Positions 1 to 9,545 are shown, numbered from the stretch's first letter. The stretch is DNA of 47,870 bases from Acutalibacteraceae bacterium (GCA_045630445.1 JAZQTF010000149.1:1-47870), one strand, 5' to 3'. The notes: generated by a model not told the origin, from the letters alone. A program made the numbers and translations.

Positions 1-1
1 G

Positions 2-1189
2 ACCTGCGCATCAAAGATGCTCGGGGATTTTGTCGCGCCCTATGATGCAACAGTAATCAGCCGCCTTAAAAATGCGGGCGCAATTATCATCGGCAAAACG
101 AATATGGATGAGTTTGCAATGGGGTCAACCGGTGAAAATTCCTGCTTTGGTGCAACGCTCAATCCTTACAATTCCGCTCACGTTGCGGGCGGCTCATCTT
201 CGGGCAGTGCGGTTGCGGCCGCTTTGCGTGAGGGCTTTTTTGCGCTTGGCACTGACACTGGCGGCAGTATTCGTCAGCCCGCCGCTTACTGCGGCATTAC
301 CGGAATCAAGCCAACTTATGGTGCGGTTTCCCGATATGGACTTGTTGCTCATGCGTCATCGCTTGAGCAAATCGGCCCGATGGCCCCCGATGCATCAACC
401 TGTGCCGAAGTGCTTGAAATAATCTGTGGCAAGGATTCTTATGATTCAACTTCGCTCAGATTTCTTTGCAATCGTCAGGGACTTGGTGACAAAATAAAAA
501 TCGGTGTCCTTGATGAAAGTTTTGGTGATAAGAGTGACAAAACTCTTGACAACAATGTTCTTGATGTGTGCAACGCCCTTAAAACTTTCGGCGTCGTAAC
601 TGAACGTTTTTCAATGCCTGTCACTCAGTACGCACTTAACGCATATTACGCAATTTCATCTGCGGAAGCGAGTTCAAATCTTGCCCGTTATGATGGCGTG
701 CGTTACGGCTTGCGTGATAAATTCTGCGAAAATATAGAAGAACTTTATGTTAATTCAAGAAGCGAGGGCTTCGGTGATGAAGTCAAACGCAGGATTATGC
801 TTGGCACACTTGTGTTGTCGGCGGGATATTACGATGATTATTACAAATTTGCTCTGCGTGTCAGGGACACCGTAAGGCAGGCGTTTGAAGATGCTTTCAA
901 AAAGTATGATTTCATCCTTACTCCCACAACTCCCACAACCGCGCCGATTCTGGGCAGTGCTACAAGACCGCTCAAAACGTATTACAATGATGTTTATACC
1001 GTTGCGGTCAACCTTGCGGGGCTTCCCGCGGTGTCGTTTCCGTGTGGCTTTTCAGGCTCACTTCCGACCGGTGCGCAACTCATAGGCCCCGCTTTCAGTG
1101 ATTTCAGAATTCTTGAAATTGTCAATCGTTATCAGCAGATAACGGATTATCATAAAACAATTCCCGAATGTAAAAAGGAGGGGATGTAA
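2..1189 (+). CDS. gatA: Glu-tRNA(Gln)/Asp-tRNA(Asn) amidotransferase subunit A, 5'-truncated by the window edge
   Basis: The frame is open from the window start (TCASKMLGDF...). Amidase signature GGSSSGSAVAAA is present. The stop overlaps the gatB start (TAATG). Confidence 0.95.
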   Translation, partial: TCASKMLGDFVAPYDATVISRLKNAGAIIIGKTNMDEFAMGSTGENSCFGATLNPYNSAHVAGGSSSGSAVAAALREGFFALGTDTGGSIRQPAAYCGITGIKPTYGAVSRYGLVAHASSLEQIGPMAPDASTCAEVLEIICGKDSYDSTSLRFLCNRQGLGDKIKIGVLDESFGDKSDKTLDNNVLDVCNALKTFGVVTERFSMPVTQYALNAYYAISSAEASSNLARYDGVRYGLRDKFCENIEELYVNSRSEGFGDEVKRRIMLGTLVLSAGYYDDYYKFALRVRDTVRQAFEDAFKKYDFILTPTTPTTAPILGSATRPLKTYYNDVYTVAVNLAGLPAVSFPCGFSGSLPTGAQLIGPAFSDFRILEIVNRYQQITDYHKTIPECKKEGM

Positions 1190-2631
1190 TGAGTTGGGAA
1201 ACCGTTATCGGACTTGAAGTCCATGTAGAACTTTCAACAAAAACAAAGATGTTCTGCTCTTGTTGTGCAACTTTCGGTGCGCAACCGAATACTCTGTGTT
1301 GCCCCGTATGTATGGGCCTTCCCGGTGCGTTGCCAACAGTTAATGAAAAAGCGGTTGAATATGCCGTGATGGCGGGACTTGCGCTCAACTGCAACATTTC
1401 CCGTTACAGCCGCTTTGACAGAAAGAATTATTTTTATCCTGACCTTCCCAAAGCGTACCAGATTTCACAACTGTATCATCCTCTCTGCACTGATGGCTTT
1501 GTTGAAATTGAGACAAATGGCAATAAAAAGAAAATCAGGATAAAAGAAATTCATATGGAGGAGGACGCAGGAAAACTTTTTCACACTGAAAACGGTGAAA
1601 CAAAGATTGATTTCAACCGTTGCGGAATTCCTCTTGTTGAGATTGTCAGTGAGGCTGATTTAAGCGACGAGGATGAAGTCATCGCATACCTTGAAAAACT
1701 CAAACTCATTCTTGAATATCTCGGTGTTTCAACCTGCAAAATGCAGGAGGGAGCGCTCAGGGCGGATATAAATCTCTCTGTGCGTAAACGCGGTGAAACT
1801 GAATTCGGCACACGTACTGAAATGAAAAATATGAATTCATTCAGGGAGATAAGGCGTGCCGTAAAATCCGAAACTGAAAGGCAGATAAACGTTATTGAAA
1901 ACGGTGGGGTAATCATTCAGGAAACCCGCCGTTGGGATGAAGAAAATGGTGTCAGCGTTTCAATGCGAGATAAGGAAAACGCCCACGATTACCGCTATTT
2001 CCCGGAGCCTGACCTGCCACCGCTTGTGCTTAATAATGAATGGATAGAGTCAGTGCGGAAAAATATCCCTGCTTTTGCACATGAAAGGGCGGAAAGATAT
2101 GTTGGAGAGTTTGGCATATCTTCCGCTGATGCAAAAATCATTGTGTCACAACTTGCACTGGCAGAATTTTTTGAATGTGTCTGTGATGACTGCACCAACA
2201 TAAAAATGGCGTCCAATCTTCTTGTGACAGAGATTGTCCGTCTTTTGAAAGATGCATCTGTCACCGCTTGCGAAATGACCTTACCGCCTGAAAAATTCTC
2301 TCATATCGTAAACCTTGCCGACAGGGGAGATATCAACGCAGGCACTGCAAAGAAACTTGTCAGTGTCGCATTCTCGCAGGATGTTGACGTTATAGAATAC
2401 ATAAAGTCAAACTCACTGTGGCAGATAAATGATGACAGTGTGATATTGCCCGTTGCCGAGGAAATTGTTGCATCAAATCCAAAATCACTCAATGATTATA
2501 TGAGCGGAAAAAAGAAAGCGTATGGATTCCTTGTCGGTCAGATAATGGAAAGATTTGCGTTCAGGGCAAACCCCGCCAGAGTCAATGAGTGTCTCTCAAA
2601 AATTCTTGATGAAAAAATGAGCGGCAATTGA
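1189..2631 (+). CDS. gatB: Glu-tRNA(Gln)/Asp-tRNA(Asn) amidotransferase subunit B
   Basis: 480 aa. N-terminus WETVIGLEVHVEL, CPVCMGLPGALP and PDLPKAYQISQ motifs are typical of GatB. Translationally coupled to gatA. Confidence 0.95.
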   Translation: MSWETVIGLEVHVELSTKTKMFCSCCATFGAQPNTLCCPVCMGLPGALPTVNEKAVEYAVMAGLALNCNISRYSRFDRKNYFYPDLPKAYQISQLYHPLCTDGFVEIETNGNKKKIRIKEIHMEEDAGKLFHTENGETKIDFNRCGIPLVEIVSEADLSDEDEVIAYLEKLKLILEYLGVSTCKMQEGALRADINLSVRKRGETEFGTRTEMKNMNSFREIRRAVKSETERQINVIENGGVIIQETRRWDEENGVSVSMRDKENAHDYRYFPEPDLPPLVLNNEWIESVRKNIPAFAHERAERYVGEFGISSADAKIIVSQLALAEFFECVCDDCTNIKMASNLLVTEIVRLLKDASVTACEMTLPPEKFSHIVNLADRGDINAGTAKKLVSVAFSQDVDVIEYIKSNSLWQINDDSVILPVAEEIVASNPKSLNDYMSGKKKAYGFLVGQIMERFAFRANPARVNECLSKILDEKMSGN

Positions 2632-2688
2632 TAAAATTTCTTGCAATTATCAAATAATGTAGTAAAATAGAAAGGATGGGGTGAGAAG

Positions 2689-3489
2689 ATGATAACTGAT
2701 TTGCATTCGCATTGTGAGCGCTCATTTGATTGTGAGATTCCGTTTTCCGTAATGTGTGACAGTGCGGTTGAGCGTGGTGTAAAAGTTTTTGCGCTGACTG
2801 ATCAGTGTGACGTCAGTGAGTCAAGTGATGAGTCAAAGGTGATTGAAAACATCCGTCTTTCGCTTTCTGATGCACAGGCGCAGAGAGAAAGGCTTTGCGG
2901 CACTCTCACCATCGTCAGGGGTATTGAACTTGGTCAGCCGCTTCATAATCTGCCGCTTGCAGAAAAGATAGTGGCACTTGACGGCGTTGATTTCACTCTT
3001 TGCTCAGTCCATGAGATAATCGGCAAGCAGGATTTTTATTACCTTGATTATAATAAAGAAGATGTAAAATCTTTGCTCACAAGGTATTTTGACGAAGTAC
3101 TCCAAACCGTGAGATGGAATAAGTTTGACAGTCTTGCTCATCTTACATATCCGATTCGTTACATCTGCGGAGAGTATGGCATTGCGGTAAATCTTGATGA
3201 TTACAGTCAGGTTATTGATGAAATACTTTCAACTCTTGCCAAAAACGGCAAAGCGCTTGAAATAAATTCATCAGGACTTGGTATGAAGATTAAGGAAACC
3301 CTGCCGCCTCGTGCTGTAATTCAGCGTTTCCGTCAACTCGGCGGAGAGTATATAACAGTCGGGTCGGATGCCCATCTGCCGCAAAACGTTGGTTACAGAA
3401 TCAGCGAAGTGTTTGCGCTTGCACGTGAATGTGGGTTTGACAGTGTGACATATTTTGAAGATCACAAGCCTGTAAAGGTTAGAATATAA
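2689..3489 (+). CDS. PHP-family phosphoesterase (HisJ-like histidinol-phosphatase family)
   Basis: 266 aa with PHP motifs DLHSH (N-terminus), GIELG, CSVHE, LAHLTYP and GSDAH. Motif II reads LTDQ instead of the usual TDH/TEH. RBS aaaggatgggg lies upstream. Confidence 0.7.
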   Translation: MITDLHSHCERSFDCEIPFSVMCDSAVERGVKVFALTDQCDVSESSDESKVIENIRLSLSDAQAQRERLCGTLTIVRGIELGQPLHNLPLAEKIVALDGVDFTLCSVHEIIGKQDFYYLDYNKEDVKSLLTRYFDEVLQTVRWNKFDSLAHLTYPIRYICGEYGIAVNLDDYSQVIDEILSTLAKNGKALEINSSGLGMKIKETLPPRAVIQRFRQLGGEYITVGSDAHLPQNVGYRISEVFALARECGFDSVTYFEDHKPVKVRI

Positions 3490-3510
3490 GAAAATTCGGA
3501 GGGAAACATA

Positions 3511-3993
3511 ATGAAAAAAGAAATTATCAATTTGCTTGAAAAAGAGCCCCAGTTGACAAATGCAGACCTTGCGGCAATGCTCGGTATCACTGAAGCACAA
3601 GCGGCCGCCCAGGTTGAAGAACTTAAAAAATCAGGCGTAATCCGTGGACAGAAACTTATTGTAAACCGTGAGCTTATCGGCGACAGCAAGATTACCGCTC
3701 TCATTGAAATCAAAGTAACACCGAAGAGCAAACTCGGCTTTGATGCTATTGCGCATCAGATTGCAGACTTTGAGGAAGTGCAGAGTCTTTATCTTATGTC
3801 AGGCGGCTTTGACCTTGCTGTAACCGTAACGGGCAACACTTTCCACGATGTTGCAATGTTTGTTGCAAAGCGTCTTTCTCCGCTTGAATCAGTTGTATCA
3901 ACTGCAACTCATTTTATTCTCAGACCGTATAAAGAACTTGGAATCAAAATGAACGATTCCGATGCAGATGACAGGGGGATTGTATCTCTGTGA
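3511..3993 (+). CDS. Lrp/AsnC family transcriptional regulator
   Basis: 160 aa. N-terminal wHTH (LTNADLAAMLGITEAQAAAQVEELKKSGVI) followed by a C-terminal AsnC-type ligand domain. The stop overlaps the next CDS (GTGATG). Confidence 0.85.
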   Translation: MKKEIINLLEKEPQLTNADLAAMLGITEAQAAAQVEELKKSGVIRGQKLIVNRELIGDSKITALIEIKVTPKSKLGFDAIAHQIADFEEVQSLYLMSGGFDLAVTVTGNTFHDVAMFVAKRLSPLESVVSTATHFILRPYKELGIKMNDSDADDRGIVSL

Positions 3994-5168
3994 TGGATTA
4001 CTCAAAACTTATAAACAAAACCATTCAGGCGGTTAAACCGTCAGGTATCAGAAAGTATTTTGATATTGCCGCTGAGATGGATGATGTTATTTCCCTCGGT
4101 GTTGGTGAGCCTGACTTCAAAACACCGTGGCATATCAGGGAGGCTGCAATCCAGTCACTCAATGAGGGTAAAACCCGTTACACATCCAATTCAGGTATTC
4201 TTGAATTGCGTGAGGAAGTGTGCAAATATTATGCACGCAGATTCGGTGTGAATGGCTACAATTACCATACAGATTGCCTTATTTCCGTTGGTGGCTCGGA
4301 GGCGATTGACCTTTGTGTGCGTTGCCTTATAAATCCCGGTGATGAGGTGCTTATCCCTGAGCCGTCATTCGTATGTTATACCCCGATTGTTGAGATGAGT
4401 GGCGGCGTGCCCGTACCCATCAGGACAGTTGTGGAAAATGATTTCCGCCTTACCGCTGATGAACTCCGCGCAGCAATTACCCCCAAAACAAAGATGCTTA
4501 TTCTTCCTTACCCCAACAACCCCACAGGTGGTATTATGCGTAAGGAGCATCTTGAAGAGATTGCAGAAGTTTTGCGTGGCACTGATATAATGATTCTCTC
4601 TGATGAGATTTATGCTGAACTTACTTATGGTGGACTTTCCCACGTTTCAATTGCATCAATTGACGGAATGTTTGAGCGTACGGTTATTGTAAGCGGCTTT
4701 TCAAAGGCTTATTCAATGACCGGCTGGCGTCTTGGTTACGCTCTCGGCCCGAAAGAAGTGATTGCCGCAATGACAAAACTTCATCAGTTTGCAATTATGA
4801 GTGCGCCGACAAACTCACAGTATGCCGCAATTGAAGCACTCCGTAATGGTGACGATGATGTAAAAGCAATGCTCAAAGAGTATGATGCAAGACGCAGACT
4901 TACCGTTGACGGATTCAACAAACTCGGCCTTACCTGTTTTGAGCCTAATGGTGCTTTCTACGTTTTCCCGTGCATCAAGTCCTCAGGTCTTACTTCCGAT
5001 GAATTCTGTGAGAAATTGCTCTATTCAAAGAAGGTTGCTGTTGTGCCGGGTAATGCTTTTGGTGAGTGTGGTGAGGGCTTTATCAGAGTTTCTTATTGTT
5101 ACTCTCTCGGCCACATCAAAGAGGCACTCAAAAGAATTGAAGCATTCCTTGATGAATGTAGGGGATAG
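3990..5168 (+). CDS. PLP-dependent aminotransferase, class I (AspC/PatA-like)
   Basis: 392 aa with SGIRKYFD, LGVGEPDF, NPTG and the PLP-lysine motif SGFSKAYSMTGWRLGY. The start may be GTG 3990 or ATG 3993. Confidence 0.85.
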   Translation: MMDYSKLINKTIQAVKPSGIRKYFDIAAEMDDVISLGVGEPDFKTPWHIREAAIQSLNEGKTRYTSNSGILELREEVCKYYARRFGVNGYNYHTDCLISVGGSEAIDLCVRCLINPGDEVLIPEPSFVCYTPIVEMSGGVPVPIRTVVENDFRLTADELRAAITPKTKMLILPYPNNPTGGIMRKEHLEEIAEVLRGTDIMILSDEIYAELTYGGLSHVSIASIDGMFERTVIVSGFSKAYSMTGWRLGYALGPKEVIAAMTKLHQFAIMSAPTNSQYAAIEALRNGDDDVKAMLKEYDARRRLTVDGFNKLGLTCFEPNGAFYVFPCIKSSGLTSDEFCEKLLYSKKVAVVPGNAFGECGEGFIRVSYCYSLGHIKEALKRIEAFLDECRG

Positions 5169-5170
5169 TT

Positions 5171-6040
5171 ATGAAAATTACTGTCAGAGCGTTTGCAAAA
5201 ATCAATTTGTTTCTTGATATTACAGGAGTAAATGAAATCGGATATCATTTGCTTGACAGCATAATGCAGTCGGTTACTCTCTGTGATGAGATTGAAGTTG
5301 AGCGTAATGCAAGCGGTGAAATAATCATTCAGTGTGACAATCCTGAAATTCCTTGTGATGAAAGAAATATTGCTCACAAAGCGGCGCGATTGTTTTTTGA
5401 CAAAATCGGTTGCGATGACAGGGGAGTTACAATCAGTATCAAAAAAGTCATTCCTCATCAGGCGGGACTTGGTGGTGGCAGTGCTGATGGTGCCGGTGTG
5501 CTTGTTGCACTCAATAAACTTTACAGTGCCGGTTTGTCGCAGGAAACTCTTTGCGAAATCGGTGTAAAGGTTGGCGCAGATGTGCCTTTCTGTATCGTTG
5601 GCGGCACAAAACGTGCTCAGGGAATAGGGGAGGTTTTCACAACTCTTTCTCCGATGCCACCTTGCAGCATCGTTATAGCAAAACCGCAATTTGGCGTTTC
5701 CACTGCGCAGGCTTATGCGGACTATGATGCAATCGTAAATCCGCAAAGAATGGATATATCTTCCGCGTTGTCAGCGCTTGAAAATGCTGACGTGACCGCT
5801 CTTGCAAGCAGTCTTTACAATGCTTTTGAGCAGGTTGTGCCGAATGCTCAGCTTGCCGAAATCAAGTCTGTAATGGCTCATTATGGTGCAATGGGCAGTC
5901 TTATGAGCGGAAGCGGCTCGGCAATCTTTGCACTTTTCAGCGATGATAGCAAAGCGAAACTCTGTGCGGATGCCCTTAACGCTATGGCTGTTGTGTCCCA
6001 TGTTTGTCAGCCGGGCGTTGACGGATGTGTAATTTTATAA
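5171..6040 (+). CDS. ispE: 4-diphosphocytidyl-2-C-methyl-D-erythritol kinase
   Basis: 289 aa with AFAKINLFLDITG at the N-terminus and GHMP-kinase motif GLGGGSADGAG. Confidence 0.9.
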   Translation: MKITVRAFAKINLFLDITGVNEIGYHLLDSIMQSVTLCDEIEVERNASGEIIIQCDNPEIPCDERNIAHKAARLFFDKIGCDDRGVTISIKKVIPHQAGLGGGSADGAGVLVALNKLYSAGLSQETLCEIGVKVGADVPFCIVGGTKRAQGIGEVFTTLSPMPPCSIVIAKPQFGVSTAQAYADYDAIVNPQRMDISSALSALENADVTALASSLYNAFEQVVPNAQLAEIKSVMAHYGAMGSLMSGSGSAIFALFSDDSKAKLCADALNAMAVVSHVCQPGVDGCVIL

Positions 6041-6044
6041 AAAC

Positions 6045-6075
6045 TGAATAAAACAAAAATTAACCGTCCATAATT
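6045..6075 (+). promoter_or_regulatory. Forespore-type (sigma-F/G-like) promoter candidate for spoIIR
   Basis: TGAATA (6045-6050), an 18-nt spacer, then CATAATT (6069-6075). This resembles the sigma-G/F consensus GHATR-N17/18-CATnnTA. The -10 element sits inside the ispE terminator stem. Confidence 0.3.
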
Positions 6076-6102
6076 CCTCTGCAAAGGAAAGGACGGTTTT
6101 TT
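6062..6102 (+). terminator. Rho-independent terminator after ispE
   Basis: aaccgtcc (6062-6069) pairs with ggacggtt (6091-6098), with an inner ttcct/aggaa stem, followed by a T-run at 6097-6102. Confidence 0.7.
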
Positions 6103-6105
6103 ATT

Positions 6106-6720
6106 ATGTCAAAGAAAATGAAATTAAAGATGTTGTCAAAATCAATCATCTGTGGCTTTTTAATTACGTTATTGCTCGGTGTGTGCGGATTTTCAGGTCG
6201 GTGTGATGTGATTCGCTCAAGTGTGCTTCGGCTGCATATTCTCGCAAACTCGGACAGTGAAAGTGACCAGAATCTCAAACTTCTTGTCCGTGATGCAATC
6301 CAGAAAGAAGCGGGGTATATCTTTGATGACGTACAGAATATTGACGAAGCAACTCTTGTTGTAGCGGAAGAAAAAGAGCGTCTTTTAAGCATCGCAAACC
6401 GCGTTGTTGCAGAGCAGGGCTATGATTATACCGTTGATTTGATACTGACGCAGGAGTATTTTGAAACCCGTACTTATGAGGAAGTGACTCTGCCGGCAGG
6501 GGTGTACACAACTGTAAAAATTGTAATCGGTGAAGGTGAGGGCAAAAACTGGTGGTGCGTGCTTTTTCCGTGTATGTGTCTGCCCGCAGCGCAGGAGAGC
6601 AGTGAACTTTCAAAAGTGCTTGATGATCCGGAAATAAAGGTTGCACAAAGCAATCCGCAGTATGAAGTGCGCTTCAAGGTTGTTGAATGGTTTCAGGGCA
6701 TAGTTTCCTTTTTCTCCTAA
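6106..6720 (+). CDS. spoIIR: Stage II sporulation protein R
   Basis: 204 aa. N-terminal signal/TM segment, then LRLHILANSDSESDQNLKLLVRDAI and NWWCVLFPCMCLP, both hallmark SpoIIR motifs. Confidence 0.9.
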   Translation: MSKKMKLKMLSKSIICGFLITLLLGVCGFSGRCDVIRSSVLRLHILANSDSESDQNLKLLVRDAIQKEAGYIFDDVQNIDEATLVVAEEKERLLSIANRVVAEQGYDYTVDLILTQEYFETRTYEEVTLPAGVYTTVKIVIGEGEGKNWWCVLFPCMCLPAAQESSELSKVLDDPEIKVAQSNPQYEVRFKVVEWFQGIVSFFS

Positions 6721-6758
6721 TATACTTATATCGAAAGACTGAAAGGAGAATGAATTAA

Positions 6759-6968
6759 ATGTTTGTGAAACACGATAATGAAAAGACAACAAGGGACAAA
6801 TTGCTTGAAGAAATCAATTCTGTAAAAATGCAGATTCAGAATGCTAACACAAGGTTTGAACAAACAAGTGACAGTGACCTTGTTGAATCCGCAATCTATG
6901 AGATTCAGTCGCTCAAAGCAAAATACAGGTATCTTGTGAAATCTGCAAAATTACTTGATATATCGTAA
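6759..6968 (+). CDS. yaaL: YaaL/DUF2508 family small protein
   Basis: 69 aa. The pattern DSDLVESAIYEIQSLKAKYRYLVKSAK matches the DUF2508 helical hairpin motif. RBS aaaggaga lies 10 nt upstream. Confidence 0.6.
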   Translation: MFVKHDNEKTTRDKLLEEINSVKMQIQNANTRFEQTSDSDLVESAIYEIQSLKAKYRYLVKSAKLLDIS

Positions 6969-6970
6969 AT

Positions 6971-7004
6971 AAAAAAGAACTTGGTGCATCCAAGTTCTTT
7001 TTGC
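6971..7004. terminator. Bidirectional terminator between yaaL and rqcH
   Basis: aaaaaagaacttgg-tgcat-ccaagttcttttt forms an 8-11 bp stem with an A-run upstream and a T-run downstream. Confidence 0.8.
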
Positions 7005-7005
7005 T

Positions 7006-8742
7006 TTATTTGACTTTCAGTGTTAGTTCAAGTTCTTTGTCAGGTGTTACGTACAATGTTTTCTGGTTTGTGTATATCACTCCGCCGGGCTTTGACCCTG
7101 ATGGTTTTTTAACAAACTTCACAAACGTGTAGTCAACAGGCACACCCGATGAATTCTTTGCACTGCTGTGAAATGCCGCAAGTTGAGCCGCCTGAATGAG
7201 TGTTGTGTCAGGCACAGCCGTGCCGTTTGTGTTGATTATAACGTGCGCACCGTGAATATCCTTTGTGTGCAACCAGATGTCACTCTTTGCCGACGAAAAA
7301 GTCAGTTTGTCATTCTGCACGTTGTTTCTGCCAACAAGGATTGTTATTCCGTCAGCGGAAATGTATTTGTGTGGTGGCAATTCCTTAACCTTTTTCGCTT
7401 TGCTCTGCTTTGATTTAACATAACCTTGCGCACGCAGTTCGTCCTTGATTTCTTCAAGTTCTCTGTCCGAAGCAACTCTTGAAAGTTCGTCAAGCACGCT
7501 TTCAAAATATTCAAGGTCAACCGCACCGTTTTTAATCTGCTCTGTGAGCATAACTTCTGCGTTGCACGCTTTTTTGTATTCCTTAAAATATTTCTGTGCA
7601 TTCTGCGCAGGGGAAAGCATAGGGTCAGCCTTGATTCTGATTGCCGCATTATCCTCTGAATAAAAGTTTTCAAGTTCATAGAAAACTTCGCCGCCGCTGA
7701 GTCTGTAAAGGTTAGCGTTAATCAGTTCACCGCATATACGCAGATGCTCTCTGTCAGCACATTTTTCAAGTTCAATCTTCTGTGAGTTTAATTTTTTTGT
7801 TGTGCGCTCAATAAGGTTTTTAACAAGTTTGATAAGTTCCGTTGCTCTGTTTTTGCTTCTGTCACTGTTAACTCTTTCAAAGTAGAAATCGTCAAGCAGT
7901 GATGAAAAATCAGGGTATTTTTTGATTATTGCCGCGCTGCCGTATTGCTCAATGTCGCAAAAGCAAAAATCAATCGGCTTTCCTGAAACGTCATAGATAA
8001 AAGTCGGCAATCCGTCAGAGTTGCTGACCGTTTCAATAAGTGCGGTGAGTCTGTCTTCAAGTATCTTTTTCGTTTCGTCACACAAAGGCAATTCAATGTC
8101 CCGTGCAATCTCTCTGCAAACAAGCGCGCTGACGCCGAGCAAAACCTGTGAAAGTGCTTTTGTGAGCGGCAATTCGTCATATTTTTCAAGTGCGTCAATT
8201 ATCATCTGCGGGTCCTTGCAGACGGTGATGTCAATCTTGTCCTGCGCGGGCGGAAGTGTGTATTTAAGTGCGGGTAACACAAGCCTTACACTTGAAACGC
8301 TTTCGTCAACTCTTTTGATGCAGTCGATAATATAATTCTCGCTGTCAAGGATTATGATGTTGCTGTGACGAGCCATTATCTCAATGCAGAGTGTGATTTT
8401 AACAGTGTCCATCAATTCGTTGGTCGCTTCAAAATCAAGCATCATTATTCTTTCAAGGCCGAGTGTGCGTACTTTTATAAGTTTTGCACCTGTCAGGTGC
8501 TTTCTTGCAAGCATACAAAACATCGGCGGTGACTGCGGATTTTCGGGCGCAAACTTTGTAAAATGAATTCGCGGCGCGTTTCCTGAAGCACTGAGCAACA
8601 GTTTCCCCGCCTTGCCGTAACCACGCAAAGAAACCGTCAATTCACTTCTTGACGGTTGGTGGATTTTTTCAACTCTTGAGCCGAGCCAATCCCTTTCTAT
8701 TTCTTTTGCTAACAGATGCAACAGCATTCCGTCAAGAGCCAT
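7006..8742 (-). CDS. rqcH: NFACT-family ribosome quality control protein (fibronectin-binding protein A homologue)
   Basis: 578 aa with N-terminus MALDGMLLHLLAKEIE, a central coiled coil and the C-terminal NFACT-R motif DIWLHTKDIHGAHVII. Confidence 0.9.
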   Translation of the reverse strand: MALDGMLLHLLAKEIERDWLGSRVEKIHQPSRSELTVSLRGYGKAGKLLLSASGNAPRIHFTKFAPENPQSPPMFCMLARKHLTGAKLIKVRTLGLERIMMLDFEATNELMDTVKITLCIEIMARHSNIIILDSENYIIDCIKRVDESVSSVRLVLPALKYTLPPAQDKIDITVCKDPQMIIDALEKYDELPLTKALSQVLLGVSALVCREIARDIELPLCDETKKILEDRLTALIETVSNSDGLPTFIYDVSGKPIDFCFCDIEQYGSAAIIKKYPDFSSLLDDFYFERVNSDRSKNRATELIKLVKNLIERTTKKLNSQKIELEKCADREHLRICGELINANLYRLSGGEVFYELENFYSEDNAAIRIKADPMLSPAQNAQKYFKEYKKACNAEVMLTEQIKNGAVDLEYFESVLDELSRVASDRELEEIKDELRAQGYVKSKQSKAKKVKELPPHKYISADGITILVGRNNVQNDKLTFSSAKSDIWLHTKDIHGAHVIINTNGTAVPDTTLIQAAQLAAFHSSAKNSSGVPVDYTFVKFVKKPSGSKPGGVIYTNQKTLYVTPDKELELTLKVK

Positions 8743-8757
8743 TTTGCCACCTCGATG

Positions 8758-9516
8758 CTAAATGTTTTCAATGGGGGATGATTGACTGAGAAGTACAGTT
8801 TCAACTTCAGGGAATTTTTCGTTGAGTGCTTTTTCAACCGCAGCCATAACGGGATTTTCCGTTTCGAAATGGCCTGCCGCAATAAGTACAAGTCCCTTTT
8901 CGGTTGCATCAAGGAAGTTGTGATGACCGGCATCTCCGGTTATAAACGCATCGTAATCTCCGTCAAAAACGCTGGGCAGAAATCCCGTAGCAGAGCCACC
9001 GCAAAGCACAACGTTGCGGATTTCTCTGTCAACTTTGTTTATGCGTACGTTTTCGCAACCGAGTTTTTCTTTCACAAACTGAGCAAACTCCTTTGTACGC
9101 ATCGGCTTTCTGAGTTTTGCGGCCCTCGGCATAAACACACCGTCCATGCATACCGTCTCAATTTCTTCAAACTCAAGCAATTTTGCAAGCACATCATTAA
9201 CTCCGCCGTCAGCCATATCAAGGCATGTGTGCGAGCAAATTGCACTGATTGAATTTATCGCAAGTTTATACGGCAGGTCATCTTTCAGAAAACTTCCGAC
9301 CTTGCTGAAAATTACGGGATGATGACTTACAATAAGGTCGCATCCCAACTGCTTTGCCTGCTCAATTGTCTCACTTGTGATGTCAAGGCACAGACCGATT
9401 TTCTTGCACGCCGCACCCTTGTCGCCGACAAGGAAACCGCTGTTGTCCCATTTCTCCTGAGTGTCAAACGGAGCAACTGTATTCAAAAAGTTAAATATAT
9501 CAATTGTACGTGTCAT
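8758..9516 (-). CDS. Nif3-like dinuclear metal centre protein (YqfO family)
   Basis: 252 aa with WDNSGFLVGD, VSHHPVIF and TGDAGHH motifs. Confidence 0.85.
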   Translation of the reverse strand: MTRTIDIFNFLNTVAPFDTQEKWDNSGFLVGDKGAACKKIGLCLDITSETIEQAKQLGCDLIVSHHPVIFSKVGSFLKDDLPYKLAINSISAICSHTCLDMADGGVNDVLAKLLEFEEIETVCMDGVFMPRAAKLRKPMRTKEFAQFVKEKLGCENVRINKVDREIRNVVLCGGSATGFLPSVFDGDYDAFITGDAGHHNFLDATEKGLVLIAAGHFETENPVMAAVEKALNEKFPEVETVLLSQSSPIENI

Positions 9517-9545
9517 TTGAGATTCCTCCTTTGTTGTCCTTTATA

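Noticed and set aside
5099-5746. Long antisense ORFs opposite well-supported genes: 215 aa here opposite ispE, plus 12227-12796 (phoH), 15150-15677 (recO/mutS2), 18010-18537 (gdhA), 24213-24716 (GT4), 37184-37732 (infB), 41373-41963 (ribF) and 44185-44811 (pnp).
   Set aside because: Each lies fully inside a gene with strong family motifs on the other strand. None has a plausible RBS, and their translations are low-complexity or Cys/Ser/Arg-rich, typical of stop-poor antisense frames. Nothing suggests real overlapping genes.
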